A DNA stretch of 64,000 nucleotides. Source: a bacterium. GTDB lineage: Bacteria; UBA8248. Location of the stretch: positions 3,328,001-3,392,000 of the forward strand of contig OZ253442.1 in the NCBI GenBank assembly GCA_965261085.1, read 5' to 3'. Position numbers and translations under genes: made by a program. Of the stretch, positions 28,700 to 39,393 are shown one piece after another. Position 1 is the stretch's first letter, and every line of letters begins with the position of its first letter. Below the pieces are notes generated by a model. The model was not told the origin of the DNA. It saw only the letters and a program-made list of their open reading frames with translations, and did not search any database.

Positions 28700-30760
28700 T
28701 CACGAGGCCAATGGGGGATGCGAATAGAGCGTTACAATCGGCCGGACCCATATTTGCTCTCTGTCCTGCAGTTTCAGAATGCTCGCCGCGATGGGCCCGA
28801 TGGAAGTTTCACCCATGGCCAACCCTGGCGTGATCTTCACCCAAGCTCGCAACGGCGCTCCCCGCACCGGAACATACTCTATGAGCATCCCCTCTGAAAA
28901 TCCCTGTTCGCTCGCCGTCTCGGAAGACATCGGGCAAAGTCGTCGACTGCCGCTGTAGGCGTCCTCCTCGTCAACGCGGACGGTGAGATAAACCCTTCTC
29001 CTTCTGAGCCGCTCCCGCGCAGAGGAGGTCGCAGCCACGTCGAGCGCTCCGTCCTTTAAGACCACACCATAGACTTCCCGCGCATCCTCCATTCTGATGT
29101 ATCCCTGCCGGACATCAGCCAGCACCGCCTCGGGAGCGCGGAGCAGAGGATCTCCCCAACCGCCTCCACCCGCAGAGCGGAGGATGACGGCATCACCTTC
29201 TCTGAGCGGAAAGGCCGTGGCCTTTCCAGGCACGCCGGAAGGCTCCACCTCCGAATCTTCCCGGAACACCGTGAACCTGTTTCCTCCGCCCGAGGTCCCG
29301 CCGTCCACCCCGTATGGAGGAATGATCACGCGGTCCGTCAAAACGGTGAGGCCTGCGCCGCCGGCCTCCAGGCGGACCTTCCGCTCCATTCCCAAACCGC
29401 CGCGCCACTCCCCGTGACCGCAGGAGCCAATCCGAAGGCCGCTCTCCTCCACGAGGATCGGAAGCGTGGCTTCCAGGCTCTCTACCGGCTGGACGGCGTT
29501 GAAGTCCCCTTCGGTGTAGGTTCGAATGGCGTGGTCTCCGTCGCTTCCCGCGAGAGCGCCCGTGCCCCCCGCCGGATATTCATAGTAGAGGAAGGCCTCG
29601 CCCGAGTCCGGTTGACTGCCGGCGATGTAGCAATGGTTGGCCGCCCCCTTGGTGTCACCCACCGAAAGGTCGGGCATCGCCTGGACCGCCGCACCTAGAA
29701 CGCACGATTCAATCGTGCGCCGCACGTCGGAAGCGCCGCCGAAAGGAGCGGGAAATTCCGCATTGAGTAGAGACCCCTTCGGGGCTTCCATCGTAAGGGG
29801 GCGGAAACAACCCGCATTCACGCTTAACGCGGAATCCAGGAGCGATTTGAGCACCATGAAGCATGATGTGGCCACCGTGGCCGGTCCCGCATTCGTAGGT
29901 CCTTTCACCTGCCTGGAAGTCCCGCTGAAATCACAGTGGATTTGATCTTCCTTAATCTGGAGGCGAAGCGAAATTCGCAGCGGCTCGGTTCCCGTTCCGC
30001 TGTTGTCGATGTAGTTCTCGTAGTGAAATATCCCGTCGGGAAGCGCGCTTATAGCCACCCGCATCCGTTTCTCCGCCCTGTCGAGGAGATTATCGTTCAC
30101 CGCCTGGAGTGTTTCCCGACCGTATCGATCCTCGATTTCGTCCAGGCGCCGCTGAGCCAGTTGGCAGGTGCCGAGCATGGCCATCAGGTCGCCATGCCTA
30201 TCCTCCCGGCCTCGCATGTTCCGGAGAACGATGTCCAGGCATTCCTGGTTCAACTCACCCCGGGAGAAGAGTCGAATGGGCGGGACGATAATTCCCTCCA
30301 TGAAAATGTGGGAGGCATCACCGGAGAGACTGCCGGCCACGGAGCCGCCGACATCCCCCCAATGAGCGCGGAGCGCCGGGAACACGAGCGCGCGCCCGTC
30401 GTAAAACCGGGGGCAGAACATAGCCATGTCGTTCATGTGGGTTCCGCAAATATAAGGGTCGTTCAGGAGAAAAACGTCGCCCGGATGAATATCGCCGGCG
30501 TAGCGCGTGAAAACCGCTCTGGCGGCGTAGGAGATCGGAAAGATGTGCCCGGGATGATCTTCCGACTGGGCGACCAAACCTCCGTCCGGCGAAAGAAGAG
30601 CACAGGAAAAATCGTGTCCTTCGTTGATGATCGATGAGAATGCGCTTCGCGAAAAAGTAACCCGCATCTCGCGGACCACGGAGATGAGGAGTTCTTGAAT
30701 GACCGAGATCGTGACGGCGTCGGCCGAACCGCTCTCTTGAATCGCCCGGTTATCGTCCAT
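28700..30760 (-). CDS. hydantoinase B/oxoprolinase family protein with C-terminal extension
   Basis: DFSCA, NDPY..GTHMND, HWGDVGG, EG, GGGGWGDP. Confidence 0.92.
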   Translation of the reverse strand: MDDNRAIQESGSADAVTISVIQELLISVVREMRVTFSRSAFSSIINEGHDFSCALLSPDGGLVAQSEDHPGHIFPISYAARAVFTRYAGDIHPGDVFLLNDPYICGTHMNDMAMFCPRFYDGRALVFPALRAHWGDVGGSVAGSLSGDASHIFMEGIIVPPIRLFSRGELNQECLDIVLRNMRGREDRHGDLMAMLGTCQLAQRRLDEIEDRYGRETLQAVNDNLLDRAEKRMRVAISALPDGIFHYENYIDNSGTGTEPLRISLRLQIKEDQIHCDFSGTSRQVKGPTNAGPATVATSCFMVLKSLLDSALSVNAGCFRPLTMEAPKGSLLNAEFPAPFGGASDVRRTIESCVLGAAVQAMPDLSVGDTKGAANHCYIAGSQPDSGEAFLYYEYPAGGTGALAGSDGDHAIRTYTEGDFNAVQPVESLEATLPILVEESGLRIGSCGHGEWRGGLGMERKVRLEAGGAGLTVLTDRVIIPPYGVDGGTSGGGNRFTVFREDSEVEPSGVPGKATAFPLREGDAVILRSAGGGGWGDPLLRAPEAVLADVRQGYIRMEDAREVYGVVLKDGALDVAATSSARERLRRRRVYLTVRVDEEDAYSGSRRLCPMSSETASEQGFSEGMLIEYVPVRGAPLRAWVKITPGLAMGETSIGPIAASILKLQDREQIWVRPIVTLYSHPPLAS

Positions 30761-30762
30761 GG

Positions 30763-32052
30763 TCAGTCGAGGCCTCCGGCGCATACGGTTCTCGCCGCTT
30801 CCAGGAACTCTTCCAGGTCTGATTCGCTGTGGGCCGTGGAAAGATAGTTCTTGGCCCTGCGGCTCATGAAAACGCCTTGCGCGAACATTTTTCGGACGAA
30901 TGATTCGAACCGCTTCCGGTCGGCTTGCGTCTGACCCCGATAGTCCGTGACCTGATACGGCGTGAAGAATACCTGGAATAAGGGGCCGACCCCTTGCACC
31001 TGGGCCGGAATCGCGTGTTCGTCAAATAACGCCGCCAGCTCCCTGCGGTATCTCTCCCCCATCTCGTGGAGGCCGTCGTAGACGCCGGGTCGGGACAATT
31101 CCTGCAAGGTGGCGAGCGCCGCGGCGGCGCACACCGGATTACCCGAGAGCGTTCCGCTGATGTAGACGTACTCCGGCTCCCCCTTGCGGACGGGGTCCGC
31201 CAGCTCCATCACTTCCGCCCTTCCCGCGACCGCCGACAAGGGAAATCCGCACGAGATCGCTTTGCCGTAAGCCGCCAAATCGGGAACGACGCCAAAATAC
31301 TCCTGCGCCCCTCCGTAGGCCAGCCGGAATCCGGTCACCACCTCGTCGAAAACGAGCAGCACCCCGCGCTCCTTCGTCACCTGGCGGAGCTGCTCGAGAA
31401 ATCCCGGGGCCGGGGGAATGGACCGCTGAACAGGCTCGACGATTACGGCGGCAAGCTCCGCGGCGTACTCTTCCACCAACCCGCAAGCGATATCGGTATT
31501 ATTGAAGGGAGCCGTCATTACCAGTTCCTGAACCGCAGAGGGAATTCCGGCCGAATCCGGGTGGGGAGATGGATACAGGTTCGAGCGCGGAGGGGAAACA
31601 CTCATCATTCCGTAATCGCTGTGGCCTATGTAGCTCCCTTCGAATTTCAGAATTTTCTCCTTACCGGTGAAGGCGCGCGCCAGTCGCAACGCGAAGAACG
31701 TGGCCTCCCCGCCCGTTGAAGCAAAACGGACCAGTTCCGCGCAAGGAATCGCCTTCACCAGTTCCTCGGCCAACTCGATGGAGCGATCGCTCAGCGTATA
31801 GAAGGTTGAACCGAGTTCTATTTGCCTTCGAACCGACTCAAGGATAGACGAATGGGCGTGGCCCAAAATCAGCGATCCTCCGCCCATCGTGAAATCGAGG
31901 AAACCACGTCCATCCACATCGTAAAGGCGGCTTCCCTCTCCGCGAGAAGCGACCAGCATCATGTCGTCGGGAAGCGTCAAGTCCCCGAGCCAACCGCCCG
32001 GGAGGCAATCACGTGCCCTTTCCAGGAAATCCGTCCCCTTTTTTGAAGTCAT
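30763..32052 (-). CDS. class III PLP aminotransferase (GSA aminomutase-like)
   Basis: TGGEA, FDEVVTGFR, DLAAYGK, GTLSGN. Confidence 0.9.
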   Translation of the reverse strand: MTSKKGTDFLERARDCLPGGWLGDLTLPDDMMLVASRGEGSRLYDVDGRGFLDFTMGGGSLILGHAHSSILESVRRQIELGSTFYTLSDRSIELAEELVKAIPCAELVRFASTGGEATFFALRLARAFTGKEKILKFEGSYIGHSDYGMMSVSPPRSNLYPSPHPDSAGIPSAVQELVMTAPFNNTDIACGLVEEYAAELAAVIVEPVQRSIPPAPGFLEQLRQVTKERGVLLVFDEVVTGFRLAYGGAQEYFGVVPDLAAYGKAISCGFPLSAVAGRAEVMELADPVRKGEPEYVYISGTLSGNPVCAAAALATLQELSRPGVYDGLHEMGERYRRELAALFDEHAIPAQVQGVGPLFQVFFTPYQVTDYRGQTQADRKRFESFVRKMFAQGVFMSRRAKNYLSTAHSESDLEEFLEAARTVCAGGLD

Positions 32053-32203
32053 CTCTCCACCTCTTTATTCATAACAGGCCATAATTCCAGCGAAAGTTTC
32101 CGTCAAGCCTCAAAATTGTTCGAAATCCTTATATCAGAATCGTCCCGCTTCACTACAACCTCCCGCGAATCATCGAATGCTAAGAACCGGCGCCCTGGTT
32201 GTC

Positions 32204-34255
32204 CTACCGGCGCCGCAACAGGAGATGCCCGCTCGCGTGAACCGTGACGCGCCACCCCGGAGGAATAACCGTCGTCGCTCCGCTCTCTTCTATAATGGCA
32301 GGACCTTCCACGGTCGCTCCAGGACCGACCTCCATTCGGTCAAACACGGAGGTATCGCGCCACTTCCCCTCAAACCAGACTTTCCGGACCTCCCTGGGAC
32401 CCTCGCCACCCCCGCGCCTTGTTCGCCAGGTTTTCGTTGGATACGTCTGGACCTCTCCCTCACCAATAATCTGGATCGAGATCACCTCCCATTCGGTTGC
32501 GGGATCCGGGTTGCGACCGTAGCGTTCGGCATAAATCTTTCGGAAGGCGCCATCGATGGCCGACAGAACCACCTGGTCCGGAGACGGCCCCAGGGGAACG
32601 GGAATCTCATGGGCCTGCCCGAGACAGCGCATCTCCAAAAAACACGACAAAGAGATGCTTTCCTCCCGGACGCCGTCGGCCCGAAGGCGCTCCTCAACCC
32701 CCTTGGCCATTCCTCCGAGCCGCTCGCGCAAGTCCGCTAAATCGAGGGAGGAGGAGCGTTCGAGATAGGTGGCGGTCGCATCCCGGCGCATCTTCGCCAT
32801 CACGAGCCCCATGGCGGAAAAATTCCCCGGGTGAATCGGAACCACAACCGTTTCGATATCGAGTTCATCCGCGATGGCCGTGGCGTGCATGGGCCCTGCC
32901 CCGCCAAAGGCCACGAAAGCGAATTCGCGCGGGTCAAATCCTCGTTCGAGCGAGATTTCGCGGATGACTCGAACTGTTCGAGCCACGAGAATTTTCAACG
33001 TCCCTTCGGCCAACTCCTCGGGCGAGCGAAATTCGAGCTTATTCTGCACCGGGGCCATTGCCCCTCGCGCCAACGAGGCGTCCACCCGTATTTTCCCGCC
33101 GAGAAGGGCGCCGTCTCCGATTCGGTTCAAAATTACGTTCGCGTCGGTGATGGTGGGCTCCACTCCCCCAAATCCATAACAGGCGGGACCCGGCGAGGAA
33201 CCCGCGCTCCTGGGTCCTACGCAAAGCGCCCCGTCAACATCGATCCACACGATGCTCCCGGCTCCCGCACCAACGGTTTTAATCTCGATCTGGGCGGCGC
33301 GGATGGGTATGCCCGAGATAACGGTATCTCCGGCGTAAAGAATCCGGTCTCGAAGGAGGAGGGCGACATCTGCGCTCGTTCCGCCCATGTCGCAGGTGAT
33401 GAGATTCTCAATCTCGAGTTCCTTAGAGATAAAACGCCCCGCGGTGACACCTCCGGCCGGCCCCGAAAAGATGGTCCGTACCGGAAAGGACTCCGCCGTG
33501 TCGATATCCATCACACCGCCGGCCGAGCCCATGATGTAAATGCTCCGGTTGTCCAGCTTCCCGATATCGCCGTCTCGGAGTTTCGAGAGATATCGTCCCA
33601 CGGCCGGACCGACATAGGCGTTCACCACCGTTGTGGAGAACCGCTCGAACTCGCGGTATTGGGGGTTCACGGAGCTTGAGAGCGAGATGTAGACCTCTGG
33701 TCCGAGTTGTTCCCGCAACCACTGCCCGACAGCTTTCTCGTGATCCGGATTCTCGTAGGAATGAAGGAAGCATACCGCCACCGCCTCGACTCCTTCTCGT
33801 TTCAAATTTTCCACTACTCTCGTGAACTCTTCCGGCCGGGGCGAGGCTTCAACGTTCCCATTCGCCCGGAGACGCTCATCCACCTCCTCTCTAAGGCTTC
33901 GAGGAACCAGAGGCGGCGGGCGGCGGAATTGAATATTGAACATGCCGCCCTCGACCAGCCGCCGGCATCTTCCAATTTCGATGACATCCCGGAACCCGCG
34001 TGTGGTCACCATCGCCGTAACGGCTCCGCGCCGCTCCAGGAGCGCATTGGTGGCGACGGTGGTTCCATGAATCATCCGGTCCAATTCCTCACCTTCGAGC
34101 CCGAGATCATAGAGGCACGCCAGGATGGCTCCTGCGGGTTCATCCGAAACCGAGGGGATCTTTCCCGTCCGCACCTCGCCGCGTTCGGGATCGATGGCCA
34201 CAAGGTCGGTAAACGTTCCACCGATGTCGACACCTAACGTAAACAACCGATACAT
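32204..34255 (-). CDS. hydantoinase A/oxoprolinase family protein (ATP-dependent)
   Basis: DIGGTFTD, HGTTVATN, SGPAGG, DMGGTS, GGAGPMH. Confidence 0.93.
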   Translation of the reverse strand: MYRLFTLGVDIGGTFTDLVAIDPERGEVRTGKIPSVSDEPAGAILACLYDLGLEGEELDRMIHGTTVATNALLERRGAVTAMVTTRGFRDVIEIGRCRRLVEGGMFNIQFRRPPPLVPRSLREEVDERLRANGNVEASPRPEEFTRVVENLKREGVEAVAVCFLHSYENPDHEKAVGQWLREQLGPEVYISLSSSVNPQYREFERFSTTVVNAYVGPAVGRYLSKLRDGDIGKLDNRSIYIMGSAGGVMDIDTAESFPVRTIFSGPAGGVTAGRFISKELEIENLITCDMGGTSADVALLLRDRILYAGDTVISGIPIRAAQIEIKTVGAGAGSIVWIDVDGALCVGPRSAGSSPGPACYGFGGVEPTITDANVILNRIGDGALLGGKIRVDASLARGAMAPVQNKLEFRSPEELAEGTLKILVARTVRVIREISLERGFDPREFAFVAFGGAGPMHATAIADELDIETVVVPIHPGNFSAMGLVMAKMRRDATATYLERSSSLDLADLRERLGGMAKGVEERLRADGVREESISLSCFLEMRCLGQAHEIPVPLGPSPDQVVLSAIDGAFRKIYAERYGRNPDPATEWEVISIQIIGEGEVQTYPTKTWRTRRGGGEGPREVRKVWFEGKWRDTSVFDRMEVGPGATVEGPAIIEESGATTVIPPGWRVTVHASGHLLLRRR

Positions 34256-34292
34256 CCTCCACGGAGCATTGGCTCAGCCATATCCAGGAACT

Positions 34293-36242
34293 TCAAGCGG
34301 CCTCCTGATTCGCCTGCCTTCTCCCAAGAATTTGCCACAGAACCACCAACGCGAGGAGAACCACGCCGATGAAATCGAAGAAAAGTCGCGGTTCAAATAA
34401 GGCGATCGTCGCCGCTGCGAGTAAGAATCTCTGCCATATTTTCAAGGGACCCGCCAAGTAGCCAATGATGGCTCCACCAAAGCAAACCGCCGAGAGGGCC
34501 GCCGTCAAAAGTGTCCTGAAGAAGGGGACGTTCAACCCTGGATTCAGGAGATCACCGAAAACGAAAGCGATGGGAATGAGGTAGATGAACAGCCCAATTC
34601 GAAAGGCGAAGAAGCCGGTCCTCCAGGGGTGAGCACCTGCAATGGCGGCAGCGGTGAAGGCGCCGCCGCAGACCGGAGGCGTCAGGTTGGAGGTCTGCGA
34701 ATACCAGATGATCAAAAGGTGGGCCGCCATCGGCGTCGCGCCGAGTTCAATCAGCGCCGGAGCAATCAGCACTGAAAGCAGGAGGTAGTCGGCCGTGACG
34801 GAAGAGACTCCCATCCCCAACACGAACGTCACCAAAGCGGTCAGCAAAACGGCGAAAAGGAGATATCCTCCGGATAGATCGACCACGAGAATCGAGAGTT
34901 TGGTTCCGATTCCCGTCCTGAACACAATCCCGATAATGATACCCAGGCATCCGGCCAATCCGCCGACGGTGAGCGATCTTCGGGCGCCGACCTCAAGGAT
35001 TTTGCCCCATTGGGGAATTGTCAGACGTGTGCGCCTGGAGAGGAGACTTGCCCCCCCCACTCCCAGAATAGCGACAAATACGGCATAATCCGGACTGTAG
35101 CCCGATCCGAGCATGTAGAAAATGAGAGCCAAAGGAACCGCAAAGGTCCAATAATTTCGGATTATCTCCCAGGGATTGCCCAGCTCCTCGGGCGGCAATC
35201 CCTCGATACCCGCCTTCCTGGCATACACGTGGGCCACCACCAGCAGGGACAGCATAAACAATAGGGACGGCAGTATTGATACCTTGACTATCTCCAGATA
35301 GGGAATTCCCGTGAAATCCGCCATGAGGAATATGGCCGCGCCCATCAATGGGGGCATGGTCACTCCGATGGTCGAGGCCGTAGCCTCAAAAGCGGCCGCC
35401 ACGTGAGGCGGGAATCCGGAACGCTTCATCAAAGGGATGGTGAGCGTCCCGGTGCCCACGATGTTGGCCGTGGGACTCCCGGATATCATGCCGAAGAGGG
35501 CGCTCGCCACGGCGCTGAGCTTCGCCGAACCTCCCCGTGTTCGCCCAATGAATGCGAGCGGGAGATTGAGGAAGAGCTCCTTGCCTCCCGACATCTCCAA
35601 AATTGCGCCGAACAGGATGAAGAGAAATACGAAACTCGCAAAGATCCGCGTGATGACGCCATAGATTGATTGGTTGCTGTACAGCCATGCCGCGGTATCC
35701 CAAATACTGATTCCCTGATGCGTCAAATGACCAGGAAAGTAAGGACCGAAAAGGGCATATCCGATCAGGAGAAGCGAGATCAACGGGAGGGCGGGACCCA
35801 GTGTGCGGCGGCAGGCCTCCAGGGCCAATACGATAGCCATGATGCCGAAAATCACATCGTGCGGGAGCGCCTCGCCGAATCGCACGATGTAGCGAATGGG
35901 GAAGTAGACATTGTAATGGTATGTGACCGCGATGGTGCTCAATACCAAAATTCCATCGAACACGGTAATTCGGTCGCGTGGAGATTTTTCCGAGCCGGGG
36001 AAAAGGATGAAAACCAGAACGAAGGTGAACCCCAGATATCCGGAGATGAAGCTCTCGGGTGAGAAATATCCGAACCCGGCATAGTAGACATAGAGAAGAG
36101 AAAACGTGACGGAAACCAGTGTTACAATGGTGCGAAGTCCCTTCGAGCGCAAGCTGCGGGGCAGTGGAATGGCGGTAGTCCGGGTGATGAAGCGGTTGAG
36201 CCAATTATTTCGGGCATCATCGCGCACAGCAACCGTCTCCAT
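34293..36242 (-). CDS. TRAP transporter 4TM/12TM fused permease
   Basis: GGSAK, SGSPTAN, MPPLMG, LGMG, TPPV. Confidence 0.92.
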   Translation of the reverse strand: METVAVRDDARNNWLNRFITRTTAIPLPRSLRSKGLRTIVTLVSVTFSLLYVYYAGFGYFSPESFISGYLGFTFVLVFILFPGSEKSPRDRITVFDGILVLSTIAVTYHYNVYFPIRYIVRFGEALPHDVIFGIMAIVLALEACRRTLGPALPLISLLLIGYALFGPYFPGHLTHQGISIWDTAAWLYSNQSIYGVITRIFASFVFLFILFGAILEMSGGKELFLNLPLAFIGRTRGGSAKLSAVASALFGMISGSPTANIVGTGTLTIPLMKRSGFPPHVAAAFEATASTIGVTMPPLMGAAIFLMADFTGIPYLEIVKVSILPSLLFMLSLLVVAHVYARKAGIEGLPPEELGNPWEIIRNYWTFAVPLALIFYMLGSGYSPDYAVFVAILGVGGASLLSRRTRLTIPQWGKILEVGARRSLTVGGLAGCLGIIIGIVFRTGIGTKLSILVVDLSGGYLLFAVLLTALVTFVLGMGVSSVTADYLLLSVLIAPALIELGATPMAAHLLIIWYSQTSNLTPPVCGGAFTAAAIAGAHPWRTGFFAFRIGLFIYLIPIAFVFGDLLNPGLNVPFFRTLLTAALSAVCFGGAIIGYLAGPLKIWQRFLLAAATIALFEPRLFFDFIGVVLLALVVLWQILGRRQANQEAA

Positions 36243-36308
36243 CCCCTACCCTCTCTGAAGGCATACCTCGTATGGCATGAAGGGCGCCACATGCGGAGAG
36301 GGGAATTC

Positions 36309-37403
36309 TCAGATGACTCTCGAGGGCAGCTCAATCGCCCTTCCGGTTCGGGCGGATTCGTCAATTGCGAGGGTAATTTCCAAAGTCCGCCGCGCTTCTT
36401 TGGCGGTCGGATGCAAGCAAGGATTCCCTGTCGAAAGGTAATCGAGCCAGGCGCGCGTCTCGTGGGCGACGGGTCCGAACATATGATCAAGCGCCCAATC
36501 GCCGGCGGAGTTGGTTCCCAAGAATGCGGTATTTATGTGATGGTCGGGGACATACACGTGAGGATATCCCTTTTCCGTATAGAGGAGGTTCTCCTTTTTG
36601 TCCTCGTCAAAAAGAAGGACCCCTTCTTTTCCGATGATTTCCAGGCGAGTGCCTTGCCCCAGCGTGGGATACTTCGAAGGCAAGGCGTAGCAAATTCCCA
36701 GGCTGAAAACGGCTCCGTCCTCGAATGTGAGAATCGCCCAGGTCGTATCGTTCACCTTGGGGTAACCGGCTTCTTCGAAAACAACCCCATGACCGCGGGC
36801 GAAAACCTCCATAGGGCGGATCCCCTCCATGAGCCAACAAATCATGTCCACGGAGTAGACCAGCACGTCAACCACCGGGGTAACCTCGTCCGTTCGTTTC
36901 AGAATCTCGAAGGCCTGCGCGCGCGAATTGTAGACCCGTGCCGTTCCGCCCAGAATCCGCCCCAACCGGCCCTCCAGGACCTGCTCCTTAGCAAGGAAAT
37001 AGTGCCGCTGATAACGCTTGCTGTAGTTCACGTGTAATTCCACGCCACTGCGCGCGGAAGCTTCAATCAGCCGATCCGCATCATCAAGGGTCAAGGCCAG
37101 GGGTGTCTCGACCACTACGGATTTTCCGCGCTCGATGGTCTGCAAAATCGGATCGACATGCTTGGGTTCGGGGGTGGATACAATGACGGCTGTGACGTCG
37201 GGGTGGGATATCGCCTCCTCATTGCTCCCCGTGGTGAAATGGGCCCCCACTTGTTCGCCCAGCGCCTTTGCCCGGGCGGGATCTGCATCCGAAATAGCCA
37301 GGAACCGAACCGCGGGATGGTTGGCCGCCATTCGCGCGCGATGGGTCCCCATACGACCCGCGCCGATGACGGCGACTCCTAGTGTCTTTCGCTCATAACT
37401 CAT
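36309..37403 (-). CDS. Gfo/Idh/MocA oxidoreductase
   Basis: GAGRMG Rossmann motif; TP...H; ETP in place of the usual EKP. Confidence 0.85.
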   Translation of the reverse strand: MSYERKTLGVAVIGAGRMGTHRARMAANHPAVRFLAISDADPARAKALGEQVGAHFTTGSNEEAISHPDVTAVIVSTPEPKHVDPILQTIERGKSVVVETPLALTLDDADRLIEASARSGVELHVNYSKRYQRHYFLAKEQVLEGRLGRILGGTARVYNSRAQAFEILKRTDEVTPVVDVLVYSVDMICWLMEGIRPMEVFARGHGVVFEEAGYPKVNDTTWAILTFEDGAVFSLGICYALPSKYPTLGQGTRLEIIGKEGVLLFDEDKKENLLYTEKGYPHVYVPDHHINTAFLGTNSAGDWALDHMFGPVAHETRAWLDYLSTGNPCLHPTAKEARRTLEITLAIDESARTGRAIELPSRVI

Positions 37404-37753
37404 CGCACACGGCCCCGCTCTCCTCGATCTCGCAGGAGATCGGGAAACCCCAAATCAAGGATATCTCCCCGATTCTTCAACCCTCTAAAAAACGACAGGA
37501 ACCACCCGTTCTCGCCATCAGTCCAATGAGAAGTTTTCACTCCTGGTATTCGGTTTTCCAACAGGCGAAACCCCGCCGTTTCCCTATTCTATCCAAGGTC
37601 TTCCCGGCCTTTGCGCAGCAAACACATATTACGCATGGCCTTCGCGGGTTTTCCCCCGCAGGAGGTGGAATCCGGCCCCCGCGAAAATGAACAGAAAAGG
37701 CTACCCCAACTCCAAGCCTCCGGGGATATAAACGTGAATATCACCGGCACAAT

Positions 37754-38791
37754 TTACATAGAACCCTCGGCAGGCGCCATATTCTTGATCCCTTTTTCCT
37801 TCCAGTACCGGGCAGCTCCCGGATGAAGCGGAATAACCAGCCCTTCGGTCGGATTGGCGCTCTTCAGGCCGGCCAGGCCGCGGTTGTTCTTGGTCAGGTA
37901 ATCGACGCAGGACTTGCCCCAGATCGTCTTCGTCATTTCGTAAATCAAGTCCGGGGAGGTGTTTTTGTTCGCTACTAAAAGACCGCTCAGGCCCATGGTG
38001 GACACGTCATAGTCCACTCCCTTGTAAGTCCCTTTCGGTATTGTCGTGGGTTCGAAGCCGGGAAACTCCTTCAAGAAACCGCTGAAATCCACCCCCTGAT
38101 CGACGCTGATCAGCCGGACGGGCCGGGACAGGGCCGCCTCCGTAACCGAGGGGTTCGGAAGACCTCCCTGAAGGGCGTAGCCGTCGATCTTGCCGTCCTT
38201 CAGGTAGCTGACCTGCTCGCCGTGGGAGAGGTTGCTAACCCTGATCTTCTTGTACAAACCAATGTGTTTGAGAAAGGAGCCGACGGATGCGTAGCAGGTG
38301 GTGCCGATGGGGCATGGCGAAAACTTTTTCCCGCTCAAATCGGCCAGTTTCTTGATGCCGGAGCTTTTCAAGACAACGAAGTGAAAAATCGAAGAGGAAA
38401 TTCCGAAACCGACCGCGCGCAATTCCCTGTGCTTCTTTCCCTTCCAGCTTCCCTTCCCCTGCCAAGCCGGAAAGGCCACGGTCTGGAAGGTGAACCCCAC
38501 GTCGGCCTTGCCTCCCTGGAGCTTCCTGAAGGCTTCCATCCCACCCGAAGTCGGGACGACGGTGACTTTGATGTCACTATTTTTCCGCATACATTCGCTC
38601 ATCGCGGTCAGGTAGCGGTACCAGGAACCCTTCGCACCGCCCGACATAAAGGTAAGTTGCTTGTCCGCAGCGAAAACGGGGGGCGAGAGAACCGCGCCAG
38701 CGCCAAAAATCGCCAACACCAGAAGCCACCCACCCATTCTCATGGTTCGGTTTTCAACGAGGCTCTTCCTGTTACTTCGAATTCGCCACAT
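37754..38791 (-). CDS. TAXI-family TRAP solute-binding protein
   Basis: GSWY, TSGG.E, IPKGTY.G, PLHPGAARYWKE; start may be 38743. Confidence 0.9.
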   Translation of the reverse strand: MWRIRSNRKSLVENRTMRMGGWLLVLAIFGAGAVLSPPVFAADKQLTFMSGGAKGSWYRYLTAMSECMRKNSDIKVTVVPTSGGMEAFRKLQGGKADVGFTFQTVAFPAWQGKGSWKGKKHRELRAVGFGISSSIFHFVVLKSSGIKKLADLSGKKFSPCPIGTTCYASVGSFLKHIGLYKKIRVSNLSHGEQVSYLKDGKIDGYALQGGLPNPSVTEAALSRPVRLISVDQGVDFSGFLKEFPGFEPTTIPKGTYKGVDYDVSTMGLSGLLVANKNTSPDLIYEMTKTIWGKSCVDYLTKNNRGLAGLKSANPTEGLVIPLHPGAARYWKEKGIKNMAPAEGSM

Positions 38792-39319
38792 AGCCCACCT
38801 CTCCTATCTCTCGGTTGCAGAAAAGGAAAGCGCATCAGCGCCTTCCACGTCTTTTTTCAACTTCCTGGTCGCGCATATTTCTCTGACGATTTCGTTTCGT
38901 ATCCCTTCCGCGAGCACCAGGCTTCGCGACGCGAAGGGTAAAAAGAACATTTCTCCAATATACCGGAGTATCGACGGCGCATGGGGACATCGAAAAAATC
39001 TTCCCTTGGAGAGATATTCGATGTCAGTTTTCCGCCCAGGTTTTTGAAATTGGATTTAGGATCATCACCGGCACGAGGGGCCGATGAAAACCACGCATAT
39101 TTCACGTCCATCGTGGACCTCTTTTAGTGGTTCAGAAATCGCAGGTGGATCTTTGATGGCGTGGTCACAAGTATAATTTATATCAGAGCATGGTTACTGT
39201 ACCACAGAGAATAAGGCTGGGCAATTTGGCGCAATAGGTTCATGGGTTGATGTCGACCAACCATAATTATTTTCAGCTTTCGTATGACAAATGAATAATT
39301 CAGGCCCATAATTAAATTT

Positions 39320-39343
39320 GGGGAATTATATACTTGGGTTGAC
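39320..39343. repeat. terminal inverted repeat, element 2
   Basis: GGGGAATTATATACTTGGGTTGAC vs reverse complement of 42373-42396 GGGGAATTATATATTTAGGTTGAC. Confidence 0.9.
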
Positions 39344-39367
39344 AAATCCCCCGTAAGGCCCTATATT
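39339..39367 (+). promoter_or_regulatory. transposase promoter with -35 in the TIR
   Basis: TTGACA-17bp-TATATT, the same hexamers as in element 1. Confidence 0.65.
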
Positions 39368-39393
39368 GCATGTATCACATAGGGGGATACAAG

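Noticed and set aside
27286-32052. hemL assignment for the class III aminotransferases
   Set aside because: Two divergent copies in a catabolic context with no tetrapyrrole genes.
39312-39319. Target site duplication for element 2
   Set aside because: The 8-bp flanks TTAAATTT and TAACTTTT differ; only a 6/7 match in AT-rich DNA, so not called.
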